Assembly: GCF_006345805.1 (NCBI RefSeq)
Contig: NC_043003.1
Span: forward strand, 18,786,001-18,850,000
Direction: 5' to 3'
DNA: 64,000 nt
Origin: Octopus sinensis
Lineage: Eukaryota
Part shown: piece after piece, positions 1 through 11,407 of the stretch
How positions within the stretch are numbered: the stretch's first letter is position 1
How the letters are laid out: the number at the start of each line of letters is the position of its first letter
Translations under genes and position numbers: made by a program
The notes under the pieces: model-generated
Told to the model about the DNA's origin: nothing
Seen by the model: the letters and a program-made list of their open reading frames with translations, nothing else
Database searches by the model: none

Positions 1-324
1 TTGTTATCAGTCGTAAGACACTTGTTGTTTTCACCGTTAATGCTTCTGTATTCCATTATTGTTTTTTGTTTTTTTATATCTGTCCCTTTTGCTGTCCTGG
101 TGTTCGTATGCATTCGATCCTTCTTCCAGGAAATCTACGCTTCCAGCTTAGTTTTTCTTGGAGGGCTGGCCGTGATCTAGTAATCTCAAGATTAATCAGC
201 CGAAATTACTACGATGATCCGGTTCTTGACTGAAGACTGAGGGGTTCGAATGTCCTGTCCATGTTTATTGTATTGTCTTCTATGAGTTATACGTTCTTGT
301 CCATGTTGTATTTTTCTACATACC

Positions 325-325
<1 letters not shown>
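1..325. repeat. Unclassified interspersed repeat fragment, truncated by window edge
   Basis: CpG-richer than flanks, ends in (TA)n; resembles an octopus repeat from memory; class not determinable. Confidence 0.4.

Positions 326-327
<2 letters not shown>

Positions 328-359
<32 letters not shown>
328..359. repeat. (TA)n microsatellite
   Basis: Seen directly. Confidence 0.95.
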
Positions 360-363
<4 letters not shown>

Positions 364-1898
364 TATTTATTTATTTATTTGTCTTATACATTTTTAAAAA
401 GCATCATTAAGAAAATATGAGAGAATATTCATTGTCCTAAAAATGAGAAAACGGTAAAACATAATAGTAATCCTCTCCAGTTGTCTGAACACATCAAGTC
501 CAACTACCTCAGTGGTTCAGAAGGCTGGCAGTATGCACAACAGAATAGCAGACCTACTATCCCAGAACCCCTGATCCATGATAGGTGAGAATGAGAGGGT
601 GAGCTATGGTGGTGTGGTGTGGGGGTATAATGAAGAGTGTGGCTGGGACTTGGGAAGGAAATGTAAAGAGGGCAAAAGATAAGTCATACCTTAAGAGTAT
701 CAACTGACTTCAATGATTTGCCAGTTTACATTAAGGCTAAGGGGACCTTTAAATCAAATATGTATAGAGATGGGAGGTGTTAGAAAAGGGGGTGGAAACT
801 GCAAGTGCAAGATGACATCCAAATTAAATATTTGAAACAGTTTAAATCTATGTATTTAAAAACAGCCGGAATTTAAATCAATGTTAAGGTTATATATAAA
901 CAGCACCTTGCTTTAGGTCCTAAAGCTGTAAACACAGCATCCATAGTCAGTGGTGCTTCATTTAATATCATTCACTTATTTACTGCTGACAATCTTACTG
1001 GATTGAGAGGAAGTTCACAGTGAACAATAACCACAAGACTTAAATTTCTAATTTGAATAATTCTAGTTTAAATGACTATATTCACTGCCTTAACGAATAA
1101 AACCTCAAATCTGACTATCTCTCTTATGTGTGTACATGTGTTGCTTAATTAAGCAATCAATAATGCAAAGATTCTTTTTAAAGTTATTTATATATATATA
1201 TATAATAGAAATATGTTACAAAAAGAAAATAGAAACTACACGTGGAAATGTAAGGGGGAAAGTAAGAAAAATCAACGAAAATGTACATTGTAAATGTAAA
1301 AGACTTTTTATGAAAGCTAACGACAGATATATACAATTAGAAGAACCGAGGTAGTAATAAAAGTCATTATTATGAGATTATTAAAGAGATTCAAGCATGC
1401 CACGGTTTTGTCAGATACTATAAGGACATTCATCTCTCATGTCTCTGGGGATGACCAGATTAGTAGCTTTACTCTTTGAAGGCCCCTTAGATAGTTCATT
1501 AGGTTAATATTAGCATAAAATCCATAGTTACACTTGGGGCACATTAACAGCAGCATCTGGACTCAGCAGGATTCTCCCTTTCCACACAGTCCTTTATTGT
1601 TTCTAATTTAGGCACATAAAGCCAACAGCCTCAAGGAGAGAGGAAAGTTTAAAGTCAATTACATCACCCCAGTACTTGACTGACACTTTATTTCATCAGC
1701 TGACCTCAAATATTTCACTTAAAATTCTAATACTGACTGATTGACTTTTGAAACAATTTTAAAAGGATGCCAGAACTCTCTACCATAAATTGCAAACTCC
1801 ATCTATTTACTCCCATTTCTTACCCAACTTATTTAAATACTTCAAAAAATTACATAACTAGCTTGATTAGATGATGATGGATGATGGATGATGATGAT

Positions 1899-2112
1899 CT
1901 TTTCTACTAAAGGTACAAGGCCTGAAATTTTGGAGGAGGGGACTAGTCGATTATATTGACCCCAGTGTTTCACTGGTACTTAATTTATCAACCCCGAAAG
2001 GATGAAAAGTAAGGTCGACCTCAGTGGAATTTGAACTCAGAACGTGCAGACAGACGAGATGCTGCTAAGTATTTTGCTCAGCATGCTATCAGTTCTACCA
2101 GCTCACTGTCTT
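1899..2112 (-). mobile_element. SINE family B (ggcgagctggcagaa head, (TTA)n tail)
   Basis: Reverse strand has B-box-like gagttcaaattcc and the family body ...ggccttgtacctttagtagaaa. Confidence 0.85.
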
Positions 2113-2119
2113 AATTATA

Positions 2120-2413
2120 ATAATAATTCTTTCTACTATAGGCACATCATCATCATCATCGTTTAACGTCTGCTTTCCATGCTAGCATGGGTTGGACGGT
2201 TCAACTGGGGTCTGGGAGGCCAGAAGGCTGCACCAGGCCAGTCAGATCTGGCAATGTTTCTACAGCTGGATGCCCTTCCTAACGCACAAGGTCTGAAATT
2301 TTTTTTTGGGGGGGGGGGTCTAGTTGATTAGATCGACCCCCAGTGTTTCACTGGTACTTAAGGTACTTATTTTATCGACCCCAACAGATGAAAGGTAAAG
2401 TCAACCTCGGCAA
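2120..2413 (-). mobile_element. SINE family B, 5'-truncated, interrupted by nested insertion
   Basis: Tail ttctactataggcaca continues as gcacaaggtctgaaat after the insert; ends at gtcaacctcggc. Confidence 0.85.
2147..2283 (-). mobile_element. Headless ~137-nt retroelement with RTE-type (TGA)n tail, TSD gcaca
   Basis: gcaca at 2142-2146 and 2284-2288; tail aacccatgctagcatggaaagcagacgttaaacgatgatga on minus strand. Confidence 0.9.
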
Positions 2414-2620
2414 AAATGGCTGAAGGAGACTGAAATAGAATGCTCGGAGGAGCTCCTACAGAAAGTTTGTCTCTTAGGGACAGCAAGGATTATCAGGAAG
2501 GTTCTAAGCACTTGAAGGGACTGCTTGTGGATACCTAAGGTTACAGGCAGTAACCTGCTATCCACATAATTCCTGCCAGGAATAAGACCAAACCTAAGCC
2601 AAACCAAAATAATAATAATG
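2414..2620 (+). mobile_element. Dong/R4-clade LINE 3' end (ORF C-terminus, 3' UTR, (AAT)n)
   Basis: 2414-2515 translates KWLKETEIECSEELLQKVCLLGTARIIRKVLST*, matching the LQKxxLLGTAxIxRKVL C-terminus of R4/Dong elements; followed by aataataataat. Confidence 0.85.
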
Positions 2621-2989
2621 ATGATGATAATAGTAAATATCTTAAGTTAGTATTCATGTAACAAACTTGAATTTCAACTGCTATACAATGGTTAACATAC
2701 ACAACATTAACTGTCAATGATCATACCAAAGGAAGAAAATAAAATTAAGGTGGTAGCAGAAATAGCTCTTTAAGGTTGACCTAAGAATATTCGAGGAATA
2801 ATGAAATGAGAAGGCAAAGGAATCCAAAAGAATTTATAATAAACAAAATTAAACAAAAGTCATACATCTCTAGAAATAGTGGCAATAAGATTTCTTTCAG
2901 ATTTAAGGCTAAACAACAAACGATTATAGAAGAATGTAAATCAACAACAGATTCTTTCTTCTTTTTTTTAAAAAAAAAAAAAGATGGAG

Positions 2990-3241
2990 GAGGGTGGAGA
3001 GAATTAGCTTTTATTATTACTATTACTATTCCAGCTGGCAAAATCGTTAGCACATCAGACAAAATGCTTAGCAGCATTTCTTCCGGTTCTCTACATTTTA
3101 AGTCAACTTTGCCTTTAATCAGGGATGGATTAAAGTACCAGCTGAACACTGGGACAATGTGACTGACTTACATACACCCTTCCACCAAAATTTCAAGCTT
3201 TGTGCATACAGAAGAAATTATTATTATTATTATTATTATTA
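2990..3241 (+). mobile_element. SINE family B with short internal insert
   Basis: agctggcaaaatcgttagcac...gtcaactttgcctt...ttgtgcatacagaagaaattattatt. Confidence 0.8.
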
Positions 3242-3486
3242 AGGTGGCGAGCTGGCAGAATCATTAGCATGCCAGGTAAAATGCTTAGCAGTATTTCACC
3301 TGTCTTTACGTTCTGAGTTCCAATTACACCAAGGTCAACTTTGCCTTTCATCCTTTTGGGGTCGATAAATTAATTACCAGTGAATCACTGGGGTCAATGC
3401 AATCAACTAGTCCTCTCCCTAAAATGTCAGGCCTTGTGCCTATACACAAAGGATATTTATCATTATTATTATTATTATTATTATTA
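3242..3486 (+). mobile_element. SINE family B, directly after the previous copy's (TTA)n tail
   Basis: ggcgagctggcagaa head, gagttccaattacacc B-box-like motif, (TTA)n tail. Confidence 0.9.
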
Positions 3487-3836
3487 CCTCCAAAGGCAGA
3501 GATATTGTTTTCAGTCATGTTTGTCTGCCCGTGGGCAAGATATCTCAAGAACCACATGATGGATTTGGATGAAACTTTCAGGGATGTTTGGCCTCATGAC
3601 TGGCACAAACTGATTAGATTTTGGGATCAATCCACAATTGGACAAGCATTCTGGATTATTTTTCCCGTTTTTTTACTTAGTTTTTGGGAGCAGTAGGGTT
3701 CACTTTTAATATTCTCGTTTGTCAGAGCAGTCAAGTTTATTTCAGATATTCTCATTTTAAAAACCATCTCTGGCTAATCATTGAGAGGACATTGGTATTG
3801 CCTTGCTGTAGTTTTGTGCTCTCTGAGTATTATTTT
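3484..3836 (+). mobile_element. Non-autonomous Helentron-associated (DINE-1/HINE-like) element
   Basis: Starts ttattacctc...aaggcagag, has the ggatttggatgaaactttcaggg core and ends gtgctctctgagt; second copy at 24813-25139 (-). Confidence 0.55.
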
Positions 3837-4795
3837 CATTATTATTATTATAAGAATTTTCCTGTTGGCTATAATAGTAAATGAAAAAGAACTTAGATCT
3901 GCAAGTTACCTGCCCAAGATACAAAAGACCTAACAGCCAATACACTCATACATACAAACAATCTGGGGTTTTTGTTGTTTTTAGTTTTAAATTCTGTTTG
4001 GGTTAAAAATTCTTTGAGAAATTAATAAATAAAACTTATTGCCTTAATAGAAACAATAAACTGTTGTGAAGAAGTCATTAGTTGAAATATAAATGGCCAA
4101 GGAAATGTACACATACTGGCTGAGCAATTAAGAAGTCAGACCACCCATGAATGTAACAAGTTTAAATGTTAATGGATATCCTCATTACCTACTAATGAAA
4201 TAGATATCACTCACAATGAGGCAGAGTTGAGTTACTAGTACCAGGAAGTTTACTTTTAGCTGTGATATTTCCATGTAAAAACCTGAACCTTTCAAAACAC
4301 ACATCTATGATAGATGGACAGAGAGTATGCAGGTGCCCTAATTAATACAATATTTGTGTTCCCAACAGTTAAACAAACATACTTTGCAAGTGGCTTGATG
4401 ACATATCAACCAATAATGGAGTTGTTTCTAGTCGGGATCAGTAAATATAACATTGCCTCTCGCAAACAAAAATAAAATCCTTAAAAATGTAGGTTGGCAT
4501 AGTTCACTCAACTAAATTCTGAAAGACCAATTATTTTCTTTGCCCTCCCAAGTTGATTTTGCCTTCTGGATTTCATAAAATAAGTTACCAGTTGTACACT
4601 AAAATAGCCTAAAACTGAAATTACAAATCATTAATAATGTTGTTGCTGTTGTTAATGGTAGTAGGGTGAGTATGAAGAATTTGCTTGAATCACTTTATGT
4701 TCTGAATTTAAATTCCACCAAGGTTAACTTTACTGCTCATCCCCCAGGGACCAATAAAACTATACCAGATGTATTTACTAAAATATATTTAACAG

Positions 4796-4880
4796 TTCCT
4801 CTACAGCAAGAAACCTGTTGTGCCCAAAACCCTTTTCTCCCGTGCACTCCCCCCACCTCTACTCCTCATCTCCAAGCATA
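4796..4880 (+). repeat. Unclassified repeat family G fragment
   Basis: ctacagcaagaaacctgtt core recurs at about 12415-12470 (+) and, degenerate, about 29935-30030 (-). Confidence 0.5.
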
Positions 4881-4899
4881 AAGTTGCACTCATCCACTC

Positions 4900-5130
4900 T
4901 CAGGGTTCATAGTTCTGCAAGCTGTATGGTGTCCCCACTAGTGTTTAGGGCATGAAAAAAATGCACCTAGTACATACATTGAAGTGACTGGCATTAGAAA
5001 AGGGAATCCAGTCATGGAAACCATGTCAAAGAAGAGACTTGAGCAAAATGCAGTTCTTGATCTCATTGGATCCTGTCAAACTGTCCAACCCATGCGAGCA
5101 TAGAAATTGGATGTTAAATGATGACGATAG
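4900..5130 (+). mobile_element. SINE family D 3' part (RTE-type tail)
   Basis: ggcattagaaaaggg...tgtccaacccatgcgagcatagaaattggatgttaaatgatgacg. Confidence 0.7.
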
Positions 5131-6576
5131 CAATGTCAACAGCTTAACTAATATCCCTATCTCCTTTAAATTAGAGATTATCATTGTTACTAAAAAATGG
5201 AATATTAGAATAAGCCTTCTGCTATTTAGTTGCAACCCCTATATTCTGAATACAAGTCTGCCTTTCAACCTTCTAGGGTTGCCAAAGTAAGTACCAACCA
5301 AATAGACATGGGCTGATCAAATTCACTACATCTTTCCCCTAAAATGTGCTTTTGTGCCAAAGTTAGAAATCATTGTTGTTGAAAGTACAGTTACATTAAT
5401 AAAGACTGGATCCATGAATATATATTTCTACCATATTCATGACATAGCGTCTGTCAACCTGCTCTGAGTCTTCCTTTTATAGGAGTGACGCAGGGAATAA
5501 GTGTTTTGCTGCATGACTATGAAATAGATAGCATAAATTGTAAACAAAGTAATGCATATTTGTTGTCAAATGGGACATGCTTAGCACTTACTTCATTGGT
5601 GTACAAATGATACTTCTTGCCTTTGATGGTAATTAGATCTAGTTTGCCAGTCTCAATATATATATAATTTCTCTTAGTTCATTTTTCTGCTACACAGGGC
5701 TAAAAGAAGTAACCTGAAGTGGCCGTTGACATGTATTTGAACATAGGCAAATACAGGTATATCAAATACCATACAACATAAATTCTTGATTTATTAAAAT
5801 TATTTCCACTTCTAGAGGGAAGTGTCACAATTACAAAATGTCAATCAAGACCAGAACCCTTTTGAGAAGAGGAGACAATCTCTAGAATCAAGACTACTCT
5901 GAAGTTGATATGCTTATTAAGGAAAAGGACAGGCTTATTTTCTGGAGATAAAAAGACATGTTTCTGCTTTAATAGGCATCATCAGCAGAACAATTGTTCA
6001 AATCAATCACACTGACAAGGAAAAGAGCATTTGAAATGAAATAGATTTACAAAGCTCAAACATGTCTTTGACCACATTCCAAACCAAAATACCACCCAAA
6101 TGATAGGAAGAGCTTCACTCACCAACACACCACAACCACTAGCTTACAGATTCATTGTTACCTCCCTCTTTCTGCCTTCTTTTATTACTTGTTTGGTCAT
6201 ACTAACTTGCATGCCGCCTCTTCCACTTGTCTTTTCTCCTCTTAGCATTCCAGCAATGTCTCATCTATTCACAATACTAAAAATGTTGCCAAATAATTCC
6301 TCCCCTGCTCAAGTGTCAACTACAGATATTGAAACTGAACATAAGCTGTCCTGCAAAAAATCATGGACATTGTTCTTAGCTGAGTAGCCCATAAAATGAA
6401 AACCTCTCACCCTAATGGGCATGAGCTTGTTTTTCAAAGACTACTAAGATTTTACTCAATTTTCAATGAAATGGGCATTAATTCTTAAAATATTTGGGTT
6501 TTCAAAGATCTGGAGCATTTATAGAATAAAGTTTAAGATTTTAGTGTCAAAATCAATCTTATTTCATTTTTGTTAT

Positions 6577-6712
6577 TTAGGAAGGGCATCCAGCCATAGA
6601 AACACTGCCAGATCTGACTGGGCCTGATGAAGCCTTCCGGCTTCACAGACCCCAGTTGAACCGTCCAACCCATGCTAGCATGGAAAACGGACGCTAAATG
6701 ATGATGATGATG
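6577..6712 (+). mobile_element. Headless ~136-nt retroelement with RTE-type (TGA)n tail
   Basis: Begins ttaggaagggcatcc, ends aacggacgctaaatgatgatgatgatg; no clear TSD. Confidence 0.85.
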
Positions 6713-6797
6713 TCAGTCCTTTGGAATTTCTCAAACTCACAGCAAAGACAAACTGGTACACTTTAATATATATGCCAAAAAGAACAGAAAAGACAAA

Positions 6798-8813
6798 TAA
6801 AAAAAAACAAATTTAGAGCATGTTTCAAATTACTTTGAATTGAAGAACCTACAAGCCTTATTCCAAATACCAACTATCGTATTAACAAGAGTTACAAAAG
6901 TACTGAAATCATTAAGATCTAATTTGAAAATGAACTGAAAGACATAAACTGTATTATTAATAGGGAGTGTAACAAAGTAAAAATACACCAATTCTTTCCA
7001 TTTTAATTAAGACTACCTAAAATGTCATCTCTCAACAATGTGACAATATACTTTAACATTTATAGAAATTAAGTTAACATAATTTGTTACCACCATCTCT
7101 AATTTTTGTCCATCTACTCCCATCCATTCATATAATGTAGGGTAACCACATTTCTCTTCTATAGCAAGACACTTGTGCTTGTCCCTCTATCCTTTAGCCT
7201 CCAAACACCTCATATAAAACCAATATCCCACTCTCAAATACTCTTGCCTCATTTAGTAGAGGGGGCTTTGGCAATCCCACTAATGCTGGTGGAATGGCAA
7301 AAGCACCCAGTACACACAGTAAAAAGGTTAGCATTAACAAGGGCATTTATAGTAGAAACCATGACATAAGAGTTCACTGTGGCCCTGGGGCTTGGCAAAC
7401 CCTGTCAAACAATCCAACTTGTGCCATCATGGAAAGCAGTTGTATGATGATGATCATCATCATCATTATCATTATCACAATGAAGATGATATATTTCACT
7501 GTTAGCACTTACTGACATTTACTTTCCTCCCACCCCACTTCTTGCAGAAATTACACTCTTCGATGTCTAAATTTACCAAACATTTTTGTTAGTATTTTCT
7601 ACAATCAAAAAAATGCAACCTACACATAATTGTAATTGATAAGATAATAAAGAAAAAACATATGCAGAATGCATTAATATATAATTTACAACCCCAACTT
7701 AATAACTGAATTAGACAAACCGACTTCAACATAAAATCCAACTGCCTGCTGAACTTAAAAGAAATACAATATCAAGAAACTAAAAAAAAAAAAAAAAAAT
7801 TAAAAAAAAAACAAATTTAGAGCATGTTTCAAATTACTTTGAATTGAAGAACCTACAAGCCTTATTCCAAATACCAACTATCGTATTAACAAGAGTTACA
7901 AAAGTACTGAAATCATTAAGATCTAATTTGAAAATGAACTGAAAGACATAAACTGTATTATTAATAGGGAGTGTAACAAAGTAAAAATACACCAATTCTT
8001 TCCATTTTAATTAAGACTACCTAAAATGTCATCTCTCAACAATGTGACAATATACTTTAACATTTATAGAAATTAAGTTAACATAATTTGTTACCACCAT
8101 CTCTAATTTTTGTCCATCTACTCCCATCCATTCATATAATGTAGGGTAACCACATTTCTCTTCTATAGCAAGACACTTGTGCTTGTCCCTCTATCCTTTA
8201 GCCTCCAAACACCTCATATAAAACCAATATCCCACTCTCAAATACTCTTGCCTCATTTAGTAGAGGGGGCTTTGGCAATCCCACTAATGCTGGTGGAATG
8301 GCAAAAGCACCCAGTACACACAGTAAAAAGGTTAGCATTAACAAGGGCATTTATAGTAGAAACCATGACATAAGAGTTCACTGTGGCCCTGGGGCTTGGC
8401 AAACCCTGTCAAACAATCCAACTTGTGCCATCATGGAAAGCAGTTGTATGATGATGATCATCATCATCATTATCATTATCACAATGAAGATGATATATTT
8501 CACTGTTAGCACTTACTGACATTTACTTTCCTCCCACCCCACTTCTTGCAGAAATTACACTCTTCGATGTCTAAATTTACCAAACATTTTTGTTAGTATT
8601 TTCTACAATCAAAAAAATGCAACCTACACATAATTGTAATTGATAAGATAATAAAGAAAAAACATATGCAGAATGCATTAATATATAATTTACAACCCCA
8701 ACTTAATAACTGAATTAGACAAACCGACTTCAACATAAAATCCAACTGCCTGCTGAACTTAAAAGAAATACAATATCAAGAAACTAAAAAAAAAAAATTA
8801 AAAAAAAAACAAA
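6798..8813. repeat. Near-perfect tandem duplication, unit 1004 bp
   Basis: 6798-7800 repeated at 7801-8813; ORF track gives identical peptides at offset 1004; t(a)9-10caaa at all three junctions. Confidence 0.97.
7255..7478 (+). mobile_element. Degenerate SINE family D fragment (duplicated at 8259-8482)
   Basis: ccctgtcaaacaatccaacttgtgccatcatggaaagcag...tgatgatgatc tail. Confidence 0.65.
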
Positions 8814-9108
8814 AACAGACCAAATGAAGAAAAAGCTATTGAAAAATATATCTACATCCATCCTAATCTATGAAAAACAAAGAAATCGCCATAGAAACCA
8901 AATAACAACATCAGAAGTTTAATGTCATTCAAATATTGCAATATAAACCTTAATTTTTAAGTAATAGACCCACAGAACAAATAAACATTGTTAATCTCCA
9001 TGCAGAGATTAAAAAAAAACGTAATCGATAGGACACAGCATTTAAAATATCCAAACATCCACAGAATTATTGTACTCACTCACACCAGTTATAAACAAGA
9101 ATATCCCA

Positions 9109-9519
9109 GGTGCAGACATGTCTGCGTGCTTTGTGACCATGTGGTTTCAGGTTCAGTCCCACTGTAAGGTACTTTGGGAAAGTATATTCTACTAGAGCTT
9201 CAGTCCAATTAATGTCTTGTAAATGAATTTGGTTAACGAAAACTGTGTGGAAGCCTATTGTGTGTGAGTGTGTGTGTGTGTCTATATATGTGTGTGTGTG
9301 TACATACATGTTTATCTCCCACCCCTACTACTCGACAACCAGTGTTGGTTTGTTTATGTCCTGATAACTTAGCAGTTTGGCAAAAGAGACCAATAGAATA
9401 AGTACCAGACTTCGAAAAGATGAGTACTGGGTTTGATCAATTCAGCTAAAACCTTTCAAATGGGTTCCCCAGCATGGCCACAGTCTAATGACCAAAACAA
9501 GAGGAAAGGTAAAAGATAA
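9109..9519 (+). mobile_element. SINE family A (tRNA-derived head, (GT)n linker, aaaagat tail)
   Basis: B-box-like ggttcagtccc, gatagaataagtacc body, ccagcatggccacagtc 3' end. Confidence 0.85.
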
Positions 9520-9597
9520 ATTCTAGAGTACGGCAATTAGGAATAAATAGTTATATTTTACAAACCAAACAAAATCCAGCTGTAGCATGATCTTGCA

Positions 9598-9768
9598 GAC
9601 TCCTTACAGAAGGCCACAATTACTGGACAAAATGCTTAGCAACATTTTGTCTGTCTTTGCATTCTAAGTTCAATTTCTACCTAGGTTGACTTTGCCTTTC
9701 ACCCTTTCAGGATTGATAAAATAAGTACCAGTTGAGCACTGGGAGTTGATGTAATCAAGGCTCTAGGG
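9598..9768 (+). mobile_element. SINE family B, degenerate
   Basis: aaatgcttagc...gactttgcctttcaccctttc...aagtaccagttgagcactggg. Confidence 0.75.
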
Positions 9769-9799
9769 TAAGAATATAGATTAAAAAAAAAAAAAAAAC

Positions 9800-9965
9800 T
9801 GCACTACTCTGCCAAGCCAGTGTAACTGAGTAGGTTCATCCAACCAGTGTGATCTCAAGCTCAAATTCATGTCCTCCACATCAGAGCATGGTTGATGGAG
9901 AGAACATGCAGAGGTCTTCATCCTGCAGTGGACGGAACATGGGCAATCCAATCCAATCCAATCCA
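9800..9965 (+). mobile_element. RTE-clade LINE 3' end with (AATCC)n tail
   Basis: Translates *WREHAEVFILQWTEHG, like the RTE C-terminal WRxxxEAF/YVQQWT motif, then aatccaatccaatcc. Confidence 0.65.
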
Positions 9966-10049
9966 CTTAATACCCTACAAGAAATCACTAAATGTTAGTT
10001 AGTTAACAACCTCTCAAGAAACAACTATACACAACCACAATTACATTCA

Positions 10050-10385
10050 CACGATATCAGGTTCAGTCCTACTATATGGCACCTTGAGCAAATGTCTTCT
10101 ACTACAGCTTCAGGCAAACCAATGCTTCATGAATAAATTTGGTAGAAAGAAACTTGTGGAAGCCTATCATGTATGTGTGTATGTGTTCCCTCCACCACTT
10201 GACAACCAGTGTTGGTTTGTTTATGTCCCCGTAACTTAGCAATTCAGCAAACAAGACTAACAGAAGTACCAGATTAAAAATAAATATTGGGGGATCAATC
10301 CATTCAACTCAAACCCTTCAAGGAAGTACCCCGGCATGGCTGCAGTCCAATGACTGAACCAAGTAAAATGAAAAATAAAAAGACC
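10050..10385 (+). mobile_element. SINE family A, 5'-truncated
   Basis: ggttcagtcc...ccccgtaacttagc...catggctgcagtccaatgactgaacc. Confidence 0.85.
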
Positions 10386-10658
10386 AAAGAACACCTAAAA
10401 GCCATCAGCTGTGCAGTCACCCAGAAATGTGAAAAGCTTTTAGAGAAAGTACAAGGCCCACAAAAAAAACCATAATGACCTATATGTAGATTGTGGCCCA
10501 CCTGTTACCTTGTTCCAACTTGATCAAACACTGCAGAATACTACCTCTTATCTGAAATACACATATACCAAAGAAGTTATAATAATTGTTTTATTCAGTT
10601 CAGACTCTATGTTAGTTTAATTGTGGCTAATCAACATTTTGTCTCCAGACATTGGAAG

Positions 10659-10922
10659 TCATCATCATTGTTTGACCGTGGTCGAGACAAAGGAATTTAC
10701 CTTGCTACGCCAGACTTCACGGTCCATCATGGCATTACGGAGGTCCTGTTGCTGGATGCCTGTATCCCTGGAGATTACATCAGGGTAGGAGAGTGTGCGC
10801 CCTCTGGTATTGCGAGTAGATGGCTTCCAGAGGAGAAGAGTAGAAATTGCCTCGTTTTCAGCTCTACAACAATGTCCAGCAAACTGGACTCTCCTACCTT
10901 TCACAAGAGATGACACAGGTGG
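10659..10922 (-). mobile_element. RTE-type LINE 3' end, stop-free, (TGA)n tail
   Basis: Translates PPVSSLVKGRRVQFAGHCCRAENEAISTLLLWKPSTRNTRGRTLSYPDVISRDTG...MMDREVWRSKV, the RxxFAGH...LLW...RGR...DR.W pattern of RTE-group ORF C-termini. Confidence 0.9.
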
Positions 10923-11017
10923 TAGAAGACACTTGTCCAAGGTGCCACGCAGTGGGACTGAACCCAGAACCATATGGTTGGCAAGCAAGCTACTTACCAC
11001 ACAGCCACTCCTGCGCC
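10923..11017 (-). mobile_element. SINE family A 5' head only, fused to the RTE 3' end
   Basis: ggcgcaggagtggctgtgtggtaag...ggttcagtccc...gtgtcttcta; A-box-like tggctgtgtgg and B-box-like motif intact. Confidence 0.92.
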
Positions 11018-11050
11018 ATGGTCAGTGTTTTCTGTGATGTTTGGTTCTAT

Positions 11051-11407
11051 TGGTAAGTAGCTTGCTTGCCAACCACATGGTTCTGGGTTCAGTCCCACTG
11101 CGTGGCACCTTGGACAAGTGTCTTCTATTATAGCCTCGGGCCGACCAAAGCCTTGTAAGGGGATTTGGTAGATGGAAACTGAAAGAAGCTCATTATATGT
11201 GTGTGTGTGTATACGTTTGTGTGTGTTTGTCCCCCAACATCGCTTGACAACCGATGCTGGTGTGTTTACGTCCCCATAACTTAGCAGTTCAGCAAAAGAG
11301 AACGATAGAATAAGTCCTGGGGTCAATGTCTTTGATAAAGGCGGTGCTCCAGCATGACCACAGTCAAATGACTGAAACAAGTAAAAGAGTAAAGAGTAAA
11401 AGAGTAT
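11051..11407 (+). mobile_element. SINE family A, well preserved, lacking first ~18 nt
   Basis: Full body to gaaacaagtaaaagagtaaagagtaaaagagt tail. Confidence 0.92.

Noticed and set aside
5592-5700. Minus-strand gtaagt donor after ETGKLDLITIKGKKYHLYTNE
   Set aside because: In-frame stop upstream, and no acceptor keeps the frame open across the (TA)n.
6625-6650. CTGATGA followed by the hairpin gaagcc-ttcc-ggcttc
   Set aside because: No GAAA box follows; other family copies read ctggtgca, so this is a point variant.
10923-11017. tRNA-like A/B boxes in SINE heads
   Set aside because: No cloverleaf or acceptor stem; they continue into SINE or LINE sequence, so they are not tRNA genes.
10795-11380. 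ORF-track peptides of the PRCHAVGLNPEPCGW type here and at about 16568, 19741, 23213, 27615, 30721, 49247
   Set aside because: They are antisense readings of SINE family A, not genes. Other track ORFs are microsatellite- or repeat-derived.
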